Shown piece by piece: positions 1 to 7,420 of a DNA stretch of 52,004 bases (its first letter is position 1; each line of letters opens with the position of its first letter). Made by a program: the position numbers and the translations under genes. Below the pieces are notes generated by a model, which worked only from the letters and a program-made list of their open reading frames with translations, did no database searches and was not told the DNA's origin. The DNA is from Actinomycetota bacterium (GTDB lineage: Bacteria; Actinomycetota; Geothermincolia; Fen-727; Anoxymicrobiaceae): the NCBI GenBank assembly GCA_003154635.1, contig PMDX01000093.1, forward strand, positions 250 through 52,253. Reading direction: 5' to 3'.

Positions 1-922
1 CCATGTCCACGCACGCCCTGTCCAGAGCGACCGGGTCGCGCGACGCCAATATCCCTATGTCCGCTACCAGGGCCGTGTCGTTATAGCTCCAGCAGTCACA
101 GAAAGGAGCGACGTCGGTAATGAAGTTCACGTGCAGGCAGGGCTTGTCCTTGACTACCCCCAGCGCGTACTCGGCGATCTTCTCGCCCGCGTTCACCCCG
201 GACTCGTTGAATATCGCCTGTGCCGCCCCGTACTGGCACATCGCGATACACTGCCCGCAACCGATGCACCTGTCGTAATCTATCTCCGCCTTGTGGCTGT
301 CCAGGTTCCAGTGAATGGCCTCCTGGGGGCACGACTTGATGCATTCGCCGCAGGACTTGCAGCTCTCTGTTACGATTTTGGGCTTCGAAGATGAGTGCAT
401 CTCCAGCTTGCCGCCCCTCGAGCCGCACCCCATTCCCAGGTTCTTTATCGCTCCTCCGATTCCAGTGAGCTCGTGTCCCTTGAAATGGGAGAGAGACACC
501 ACGACGTCGGCGTCGGCGACCGCTGAAGCGATCCTGGCGGTGCGAAAGTGCCTCTGGTTGATGACGACCTCGCGGTACTCGGTACCTTTCAGTCCGTCCG
601 CGATGATGACATCGCAGCCGAGCACCAACCTGTTGAAGCCGTTCTCGGAGGCCGCAAGCAGATGGTCCACCGCGTTACCCCTGCGGCCCGTGTACAGGCT
701 GTTCGCGTCGGTGGCAAACGGCGCTCCACCGGCCGCGCGTATCATCGCCGCCGTGGTGGCGGCATAGTTTGGCCGGATGAACGCGAGGTTTCCCGGTTCG
801 CCGAAGTGGAGCTTGATGGCGACGAACTTTTTCTGGAGGTCAAGGTCGTCAAACCCCGCTCGCCGCAGGAGAGTCTCGTACTTGGTCGGAAGGCCGCGCC
901 CCGGACCTGTCCTGAGGTTCAT
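1..922 (-). CDS. DUF362-type protein with embedded 2x[4Fe-4S] ferredoxin motifs (partial; C-terminus lies beyond window start)
   Basis: Own translation of the minus strand from the ATG at complement 920-922: MNLRTGPGRGLPTKYETLLRRAGFDDLDLQKKFVAIKLHFGEPGN...SLSHFKGHELTGIGGAIKNLGMGCGSRGGK...CKSCGECIKSCP...CIGCGQCIAMC...FCDCWSYND. The frame stays open to position 1, so it is absent from the ORF track. Confidence 0.8.
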   Translation of the reverse strand, partial: MNLRTGPGRGLPTKYETLLRRAGFDDLDLQKKFVAIKLHFGEPGNLAFIRPNYAATTAAMIRAAGGAPFATDANSLYTGRRGNAVDHLLAASENGFNRLVLGCDVIIADGLKGTEYREVVINQRHFRTARIASAVADADVVVSLSHFKGHELTGIGGAIKNLGMGCGSRGGKLEMHSSSKPKIVTESCKSCGECIKSCPQEAIHWNLDSHKAEIDYDRCIGCGQCIAMCQYGAAQAIFNESGVNAGEKIAEYALGVVKDKPCLHVNFITDVAPFCDCWSYNDTALVADIGILASRDPVALDRACVDM

Positions 923-1130
923 CGCGAATGTGTCTGACCCCGCCACACCTGATCCTTTCTTTCGCGCGATTCCCACGTGCCGCGCGATCGCCATCCCAAA
1001 ACGCTCGCGCAAAAGCTACTTTGAACACAGAGCGGCTTTTTCCTTCTCAGCTGGCCCCCTGCCCTGGAGGCTTTGTCCGATCAGCGGCGAATCGACTACT
1101 TGAAACATTCAACAAAGGGTGGAAGAGGCT

Positions 1131-1781
1131 ATGGCAACATTCGATTACGACGCGGAATGCAACAGGCAGCTGGACAGGGTCATCGAAGCGCGCCGGACGG
1201 TGAGATCTTTCACTGATGAGGTGCCCGACAGGGAGCTGATCGAGAGAATCCTTAACGCCGGTCTCGCGGCGCCGTACGCTGCGGTTGCAATCGGCGTCGA
1301 GCCGAGGTTCCGGAGGTTCTTCGTGATGCCCCGGGGAGGAGAAGCCGCCCTGAAAACCGCAGAGATAATGAAGCGCAACACCTTGGCTGCGTGGCAGAAC
1401 ATCCATGCGAACCTCCCTGAGGGCATGGAGCCCCCGCCGTTCGCGATGCGCCTGAAGGCGATCGCGGAGGGCGGTGACATCGGGTTCGAGAAAGTGCCTT
1501 ACTTCATTGTGGTAGCGGAGCTCAAGGGGATACCACCGGTGGAGCAGGAGTCGCTCGCACATGTCCTGCAGAACATGTGGCTGAAAGCCGCGGCCCTGGG
1601 CCTCGGGTTCAGGTTGATCTCTGCGACCTCGCGCCTGGCGGACAACCCCGATTTCTGCGGCTTGCTGGGGTTGGCACCGGGACGGTTCGGGATCAACGGG
1701 TGTGCTATCGGCTACGCAGCCGAGACCCCCGCGGCCACACCCCGCCCACCCCTGGACGAAGTCACTGCCTGGCTCGACTAG
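1131..1781 (+). CDS. nitroreductase family protein
   Basis: ORF 1119..1781. The ATG at 1131 is preceded by AAAGGGTGGAAGAGG. The N-terminus LDRVIEARRTVRSFTDEVPDRELIERILNAGLAAP is typical of the nitroreductase fold. Confidence 0.8.
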   Translation: MATFDYDAECNRQLDRVIEARRTVRSFTDEVPDRELIERILNAGLAAPYAAVAIGVEPRFRRFFVMPRGGEAALKTAEIMKRNTLAAWQNIHANLPEGMEPPPFAMRLKAIAEGGDIGFEKVPYFIVVAELKGIPPVEQESLAHVLQNMWLKAAALGLGFRLISATSRLADNPDFCGLLGLAPGRFGINGCAIGYAAETPAATPRPPLDEVTAWLD

Positions 1782-2952
1782 CTAACTCGACCTTCTCGAT
1801 CCAGGACGATATCGCGGGGTAGACGTCGCGCTCGACGTGCTTGCCCATAAGCAGGTCGATGTGCCCGTATTCCGGTAACTGCAGGAACTCCTTCATCTCG
1901 CTCGATACGCACCCGTAAGCGTACCTTTTTATGATGGCCGGGCCGTGATCGTGGTCGCCGGTAATGAAGAGGATGGGCAGACTCACGAGAGGGATGTTCG
2001 CGGCATAGTCGTACAGGCTGCCGCGCGGCACCGATGGGTACTGCGTGAGGTGCCCGTCGATGACACCGTAGACCCTCTGCACCCACATCGCCGTGGAGAC
2101 GTCGTCGGTTCCCCACCTGGCGAGACACATGGTGGTCTCTTTATCCGTGTTCACCCTGTTGTAGGCGCCGGCGGCGAAAGGAGAGCGCGTGATTGCCATG
2201 GCCAACCTCGGGTGGCGATGGGGGAGCCCATCCGGCCCGCCCATCCCTGTTACCCTGGGCGTCACTTCCTCCTTGATACGAAGGATCTCGACCTCCGATC
2301 TTGCCAGCTGCCTGCCGAACTCGGAGCTCATGCCAACGCTGGAAGGGTCGTTGTACGGCCAGCATAACACGGTCGCAGCTCCAAGGGTTGCACCTCCAAG
2401 AAGCTTGTCGTGACGGTCCCGCACCAGCGCAGGGTCCGAGACCACGTGGCCGTCTCCGGCGAACCGGACGCCCTGAAGGTACATGTAGAGGACGATACCT
2501 CCCATGCTGTGACCCACCCAGAAGACCTTCCTGCCGGTCTCTTGTGTAATGCCGTCGACCAGTGCGCTTGCGTCGTAAATCGCAAGGTGGTCGAAAGAGT
2601 GGCTCCAGTCGCCCCCTTCACTCAAGTACGGCGCGCGCCCGCACCCCCTGAACGAGGATACCCAGACGTCGCAGCCTCTGCGGGCAAGGTAGACCGCCAT
2701 GTTGTGCCCGACCCTCGGCAGGTCCATGGTGAAACCGTTTCCCCCGAAGCCGTGGGTGAGCAGCACCGGCACCGCGCCGGGGTTGGCGTACCGTTTGAGC
2801 CGCAGCGTGAGGCCGTCGGCGGTGACGAACTCGTGCAAGCGGACGTCCAGGCCGCTGGAGACGTCCTGGTCCATGCCGGGGATCGGGGTCTTCAACCCCT
2901 TGTATACGAACGTTGCATACAGCGCAAGCGACGCGCCGAACCAGCGGTCCAT
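1762..2952 (-). CDS. alpha/beta-fold hydrolase (lipase/esterase-like)
   Basis: 396-aa ORF with an HGFGGNG oxyanion region and a GHSMGG nucleophile elbow. The RBS GCAGGAGCA lies before the ATG. The 3' end overlaps the convergent nitroreductase by 20 nt. Confidence 0.8.
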   Translation of the reverse strand: MDRWFGASLALYATFVYKGLKTPIPGMDQDVSSGLDVRLHEFVTADGLTLRLKRYANPGAVPVLLTHGFGGNGFTMDLPRVGHNMAVYLARRGCDVWVSSFRGCGRAPYLSEGGDWSHSFDHLAIYDASALVDGITQETGRKVFWVGHSMGGIVLYMYLQGVRFAGDGHVVSDPALVRDRHDKLLGGATLGAATVLCWPYNDPSSVGMSSEFGRQLARSEVEILRIKEEVTPRVTGMGGPDGLPHRHPRLAMAITRSPFAAGAYNRVNTDKETTMCLARWGTDDVSTAMWVQRVYGVIDGHLTQYPSVPRGSLYDYAANIPLVSLPILFITGDHDHGPAIIKRYAYGCVSSEMKEFLQLPEYGHIDLLMGKHVERDVYPAISSWIEKVELASRARQ

Positions 2953-3050
2953 AGATGCTCCTGCGTCATTGAGCGAGATGAGTGGCCAATCGAGTTTCGT
3001 CCTCTTTCGATTTTATGAAAGAGTCGGGTTTCCCGCCAGCCCCTCGCGAG

Positions 3051-3224
3051 CTACAGCATGGAGCTGATGATGATGCGCTGGACCTGGTTCGCGCTTTCGA
3101 ATATCGACATTGCCTTGGCGTCGCGCAGGTACTTTTCTAGCGGCAGGTCCTTCGAGTAGCCGACCGCGCCGAATATCTCGAGCGCCTTGCTGCAGACGCG
3201 CTCCACCATAAAGGCACCAACGGC
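3051..3224 (-). pseudogene. acyl-CoA dehydrogenase C-terminal remnant (about 57 codons)
   Basis: Own translation: AVGAFMVERVCSKALEIFGAVGYSKDLPLEKYLRDAKAMSIFESANQVQRIIISSML*. It matches the ACAD C-terminal pattern (GG.GY...P.E+..RDA+...I.EGT.EIQ+..I). The frame is closed by a TGA a few codons upstream, and no N-terminal 300+ aa is present. Confidence 0.55.
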
Positions 3225-3243
3225 TTGATTACAACAAGATGTC

Positions 3244-3272
3244 TTGACCCATATAACATATTGTCATACAAT
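3244..3272 (+). promoter_or_regulatory. sigma70-like promoter TTGACC-17 nt-TACAAT
   Basis: -35 TTGACC at 3244-3249, 17-nt spacer, -10 TACAAT at 3267-3272. It sits in an AT-rich patch about 75 nt upstream of the CDS at 3345. Confidence 0.6.
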
Positions 3273-3292
3273 GATTATGACAATATGTTATA
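3252..3292. promoter_or_regulatory. perfect 17-bp inverted repeat (candidate operator) overlapping the promoter
   Basis: TATAACATATTGTCATA (3252-3268), 7-nt spacer CAATGAT, TATGACAATATGTTATA (3276-3292). The arms are exact reverse complements and cover the spacer, the -10 box and the likely transcription start. Confidence 0.6.
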
Positions 3293-3344
3293 AACGGCCG
3301 GCTGTTCGAACCGACATCGCAGAGCGTCAAGGGGGTCCGGAACG

Positions 3345-3905
3345 ATGAGTTTGAGCGAGATGGAAACGGTTGACATGAGCGACGAGGTGGCGGAGGCCAT
3401 CGACCGCGTCCAGCACGCGGACATGCGCGAGCTCCTGGCAAAGGGAAGGTACTCGTGCGAGTCCAGGTGGATGATGGCGATGGTGGCCGCCGCCGGTTGG
3501 GAGACTGCCAACGAGATGAACCGGCAGGTCGCGCGCGACGTCGGCGCCGGGGAGATGCACCGGCTTATGCGGTTGATGGGTTGGAGCACACCGACGACTT
3601 TCGGCGATTTCATGCTGATGACGACCACGGCGGTCGAACTCTTCCTGCCGAAAAAGTACTTCGACTACGAGTTCAAATCACTCGGCGATGGCAGGATGCT
3701 GGCCGTGCTTCGCGGGTGCCTCGCGGCCACCAAGGTAAAGAGCATCGGCGTGCAACAGAACTATGAGTGTGGGTGTTTCAGCATGAGGGCCGGCTGGTAT
3801 CAGAGCATGGGTATCGAAGTAGAGGAGACCATGCGCAAGTGCATGATAGATGGCGACGAGCATTGCGAGATCGTCATCCAGACGGTGAGCCCGCTCGCTG
3901 GCTAG
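3345..3905 (+). CDS. uncharacterised Cys-motif protein (paralog of 12452..12955)
   Basis: 186-aa ORF that aligns by eye with the 12452 protein: MRELLAKGRYSCESRWMM / LRELLVKCWMTHDGMWFY; FDYEF / FDYDF; NYECG / DYECG; C-terminal C..G...CE.V. RBS AAGGGGG upstream. Confidence 0.7.
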   Translation: MSLSEMETVDMSDEVAEAIDRVQHADMRELLAKGRYSCESRWMMAMVAAAGWETANEMNRQVARDVGAGEMHRLMRLMGWSTPTTFGDFMLMTTTAVELFLPKKYFDYEFKSLGDGRMLAVLRGCLAATKVKSIGVQQNYECGCFSMRAGWYQSMGIEVEETMRKCMIDGDEHCEIVIQTVSPLAG

Positions 3906-3959
3906 AGTGAACGTCGCCGCGGCCGGTGGGGCAGCGATATCAAGTTCCCAGGATGAGTT

Positions 3960-5873
3960 TCACAGCTTGACCGAAGGCTCGGATGCCCGGTAATCCATCT
4001 TGAGGTAGTAGACCCCGGAGTCGACCGTCTTCTTGACGTCCAGGAGCTTCTCGAAGACGTGGAGCATCGGCCTGTTCTCCACCACTACCTCGGCGGTGAA
4101 ACCCAGGAGACCCTGCCGCATCGCCTGCTGTATCAAGTACGATAGCAGCTCCGTGCCGATGCCCCTGTCCTGGAACTCGTCCTTCACCACGAATGCTATA
4201 TCGGCGGTGTGATTCTCCTGGTCGATCGTGTACTGTCCGATGCCGGCGATCACGTCTTTCTCCGTGTCCGGTATCACCGCAAGGATTACCAGTTCCTTGG
4301 TGAAGTCGATGACCACGTACTCCTGCAGGCGCTCGTGGGGCATGTCCTGGCGGCGCGAGATGAACCTTCGATAGAGGCTCTGGTCGGACAGGGAGTAGAA
4401 GAAGTCTTTCACGATGGGCTCGTCGCTTATCTTCACCGGACGGAAGAGGACCTCGACCCCGTCCTTGGTCGTCCTGTAAACCTCGAGCTCCTCGGGGTAC
4501 TCGCCCGCCTCGCCCGGTATGAACGCCTGGTCCGCGTAGATCAGGTTGAGCTTCTTCGCCTCCTCAATGAGCCACGGCCTGAACTTCGGGTGGGCGATCG
4601 ATGTAAGCTCCATCGCGCGCTCGCGGATGTTCTTGCCGTGGAGGTAAGCGATGCCGTACTCGGTCACCACGTAGTGGATGTCGCCCCGCGTGAGCGTGAC
4701 GCCGGCGCCCTCCAGGATGGAGGGCAATATCCTGGACACTTCGCCCTCGCCGGTCGTGGCCGTCGACGGAAGGGCGAGGATGGTCTTGCCGCCCGGCGAG
4801 AGCACCGCGCCTCGCATGAAGTCTGCCTGCCCCCCGACGCCGCTGTAGAAGACCTTGCCCAGGGACTCGGCCGTAGCCTGCCCGGTGAGGTCTATCTGCA
4901 GCGCCGCGTTTATCGCGACCATCTTGTTGTTCCGTGCGATGTTCAGAGGGTTGTTGGTGTAGTCGATAGGCCGGAACTCGATGCTCGGGTTGTCGTTGAT
5001 GAACTCGTAAATCGCCTCCGTGCCCATACAGAAAGTCGCGACCGTCTTGCCCCGGTTGACGATCTTCCATGAGTTGTCGACAACGCCTTTCTTGATGAGG
5101 TCCACGATGCCGTCGGAGAGCAGCTCGGTGTGCACGCCCAGGTGCTTCTTGTCCTCGAGGTTCGCGAGGATGGCGTTCGGGAGGCTGCCGTACCCGATCT
5201 GTATCGTGTCACCGTCTTCGACTATGCGCGCAACGTACTTGCCGATCTCGCGCGCCAGCTCGTCCGAGACCATCGGCTTGTACTCGAGGAGCGGCTCGTC
5301 GTGGTAGACGATAAAGTCAACATCCCTGACGTGTATGAAAGTGTCACCGTGGACTCGAGGCATGCGCGGGTTTACCTGGGTTATGACCACCTTGGCGTTC
5401 TCGACGGCGGCCTTCGAGATGTCTACACTGACCCCCAGGCTCATGAAACCGTTGTTGTCGGGCGGCGACGTCTGTATCAAAGCGACGTCGATCGGGATAT
5501 ACCTGCGGTAAAAGAGCTCGGGCACCTGCGACAGGAATATCGGAGTGTAGTCCGCGAGCCCCGCGTTGACCGCGTCCCTCGTGTTGTCGCCGATAAAGAA
5601 AGAATTGTGCCTGAACTGCCTCTTGAACTTGTCCTCGTCGTACGGCGCAACGCCAAGCGTCCACACTTGGAACACCTCGGTGTCGAAGAAAGCCTTGGGA
5701 TGCGCATCGATGTACTCGGCAAGAGCCGCTATGAGGTACTGCGGTTCCCCGCACCCGGTGCTCACGAAAAGGTGGTCTCCCCTGCGTATCGACTCGAATA
5801 CCTTCTCTTCGGTCGCGAATTTATCAGGGTAAGATTTCTTTATTTCTTCGAATATTGCTACGTAGCGCTCCAT
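3960..5873 (-). CDS. acetyl-CoA hydrolase/transferase family domain fused to a C-terminal Pat-type GNAT acyltransferase domain
   Basis: 637 aa. The N-terminal 440 aa resemble 4-hydroxybutyrate/acetyl-CoA transferases (VSTGCGEPQ, GGQADFMRGA). The C-terminal 190 aa carry SLYRRFISRR...IAFVVKDEFQDRGIGTELL...VVVENRPMLHVFEKL, as in the GNAT domain of protein lysine acetyltransferase Pat. Confidence 0.85.
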   Translation of the reverse strand: MERYVAIFEEIKKSYPDKFATEEKVFESIRRGDHLFVSTGCGEPQYLIAALAEYIDAHPKAFFDTEVFQVWTLGVAPYDEDKFKRQFRHNSFFIGDNTRDAVNAGLADYTPIFLSQVPELFYRRYIPIDVALIQTSPPDNNGFMSLGVSVDISKAAVENAKVVITQVNPRMPRVHGDTFIHVRDVDFIVYHDEPLLEYKPMVSDELAREIGKYVARIVEDGDTIQIGYGSLPNAILANLEDKKHLGVHTELLSDGIVDLIKKGVVDNSWKIVNRGKTVATFCMGTEAIYEFINDNPSIEFRPIDYTNNPLNIARNNKMVAINAALQIDLTGQATAESLGKVFYSGVGGQADFMRGAVLSPGGKTILALPSTATTGEGEVSRILPSILEGAGVTLTRGDIHYVVTEYGIAYLHGKNIRERAMELTSIAHPKFRPWLIEEAKKLNLIYADQAFIPGEAGEYPEELEVYRTTKDGVEVLFRPVKISDEPIVKDFFYSLSDQSLYRRFISRRQDMPHERLQEYVVIDFTKELVILAVIPDTEKDVIAGIGQYTIDQENHTADIAFVVKDEFQDRGIGTELLSYLIQQAMRQGLLGFTAEVVVENRPMLHVFEKLLDVKKTVDSGVYYLKMDYRASEPSVKL

Positions 5874-6118
5874 CTTGATTGCGCCTCCAGGCTCGTGGTC
5901 TCAGGCGGGCCATGGGACGGCCCGGTCGACCCATCTCGGTGCCTCGGGCGCCCTTCCGGACGCCACACCTATCTATTATATGAGTCGTCGGCCAATCCTT
6001 TCTTTCCGCTGCCCCTAAAAGGGTGTAGCGGACTCGACGGAGCCGCACCCCCCGGGAAGGAATGGTGGGAATAGAGGCTCTTCGAATAGTATATCCCCTT
6101 GGATAAAGGGGAAGACGT

Positions 6119-6607
6119 ATGGATATGATCAAGCCGATAGACAGAGACTCGAACCTCGAGCAGGCCGCGATGGTCGTCAGGGCTGCTTTCGCTACGGTGG
6201 CGGAGGAGTTCGGTCTCACGCCGGACAACTGCCCGACCCACGCATCTCTTACGACGGGAGAGCAACTGGGTGCGATGTGCGAAGAAGGGGTCGAGATGTT
6301 CGGGCTATTCCTCGATGCAGTCCTTGCCGGGTTTGCCGCGCTCGAAGATGGGGGTAGCGGTATCTTCTACATCGAAAAACTCGCCGTTCTGCCCGAGTGC
6401 AGGCACCAGGGGTACGGGGAGCAGCTCATGCGTTTCGCCTGCGATCTGGCCGTGATAAGGGGAGGGACGCGAGCCTCCGTCGGCATCATCGACGAGAGCA
6501 CTGTCCTGGCGGAATGGTACGCACGCCTTGGGTTCAACGATAGAGAGACCAGGGAGTATCCCCATCTTCCTTTCAGGGTGCGCATCATGGAGAAAGAGCT
6601 GAGCTGA
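6119..6607 (+). CDS. GNAT family N-acetyltransferase
   Basis: 162 aa. The motif A region is FYIEKLAVLPECRHQGYGEQLMRFACDLA. Confidence 0.8.
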   Translation: MDMIKPIDRDSNLEQAAMVVRAAFATVAEEFGLTPDNCPTHASLTTGEQLGAMCEEGVEMFGLFLDAVLAGFAALEDGGSGIFYIEKLAVLPECRHQGYGEQLMRFACDLAVIRGGTRASVGIIDESTVLAEWYARLGFNDRETREYPHLPFRVRIMEKELS

Positions 6608-6639
6608 ACGATACGGACCCCACCTCCTTCGGCGGGGCT

Positions 6640-7305
6640 TCACTCCTCCTTTTCGCGTCTCGATATCTCCAGCGCTTTCGCGTCGAGCTGTTCGGAGTAC
6701 TTCTTCCATTCGGATTTCTCGTCTTGCGACGCGCGCCAGATGACGAAGCGGCACGTGTCCGCGCCGGCGGGGATGGTCTGGGTGAACCGCACCTGCCAGT
6801 TGGAGAGCCAGCCGCGGTCCGCGGCGGCATCGAGCATGCCCTGTACGAAGTTTCGCTGAACGCGGCAATCGAAGGCGTTGTAGCAATCCTGGTGAGGGCA
6901 CCAGAGTATGTCGAAGCTGACCTTATCCTCCGAGTCTATCCTGGGGTCCTCGAGCGACGCGTATGCGATGCGATTGATGACGGTCGCGAAGAAGCTGACG
7001 GCTTCCGCCTCCGACATGCCCTCGGGCTTTTCTATACCGGTGAGGATCTGCCTGCCGACGTCGAACCCCACCTTTCGAAGGGCTTCAGTCACAATGCGCT
7101 GCCCATCTTCGCCGAACTTCTTCTCACAATCCTTGAGTATCTGTATGACGGCCATGGCCTGCATGGTTCCCCACTGCCACAGTACCGCGGGGTCGAAGTC
7201 GGTATCATCCAGCACCTCTTCGCGCAGGCGCTTCATCCCCCTCTCGTAAGGTTGATTGAAGCTGAACTGCTTCCAGGATTCTTCATCGCGATTCTGCCAG
7301 TGCAT
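6640..7305 (-). CDS. hypothetical protein, L-2-amino-thiazoline-4-carboxylate hydrolase-like pattern
   Basis: I chose the ATG at 7305 (MHWQNRDEE) because GGAGGTG lies 5 nt upstream. The C-terminal half reads FDILWCPHQDCYNAFDCRVQRNF...IPAGADTCRFVIW and resembles the ATC-hydrolase-type signature. The family assignment is from memory only. Confidence 0.6.
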   Translation of the reverse strand: MHWQNRDEESWKQFSFNQPYERGMKRLREEVLDDTDFDPAVLWQWGTMQAMAVIQILKDCEKKFGEDGQRIVTEALRKVGFDVGRQILTGIEKPEGMSEAEAVSFFATVINRIAYASLEDPRIDSEDKVSFDILWCPHQDCYNAFDCRVQRNFVQGMLDAAADRGWLSNWQVRFTQTIPAGADTCRFVIWRASQDEKSEWKKYSEQLDAKALEISRREKEE

Positions 7306-7420
7306 GCTCACCTCCACCTTGACTCCTTGAGCAGGACCTCCAGAAACCCGGCTCAAGAGTGTTGAGGAAAGAAAGAGCCGGGTCTCTCATGACCCGGCTC
7401 AAGATTCAGTTCGGGATTCC

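Noticed and set aside
96-1103. Track ORFs 96..428(-), 315..767(+), 548..937(+) and 777..1103(+).
   Set aside because: None shows motifs. The real gene here is the edge-truncated minus-strand DUF362/ferredoxin ORF in another frame, which the track omits.
1762-1781. 20-nt convergent 3' overlap of the nitroreductase and the alpha/beta hydrolase as a sign of mis-annotation or frameshift.
   Set aside because: Both ORFs have family motifs right up to their ends and no alternative earlier stop. A short convergent overlap is plausible in a compact genome, and I see nothing further to interpret.
4209-6074. Long plus-strand ORFs (4209..5072, 5130..6074) opposite the CoA-transferase::GNAT gene.
   Set aside because: Their translations are Arg/Val/Asp/Leu-rich with no motifs, which is typical of shadow ORFs antisense to a GC-rich gene. 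The minus-strand gene has clear family motifs and an RBS.
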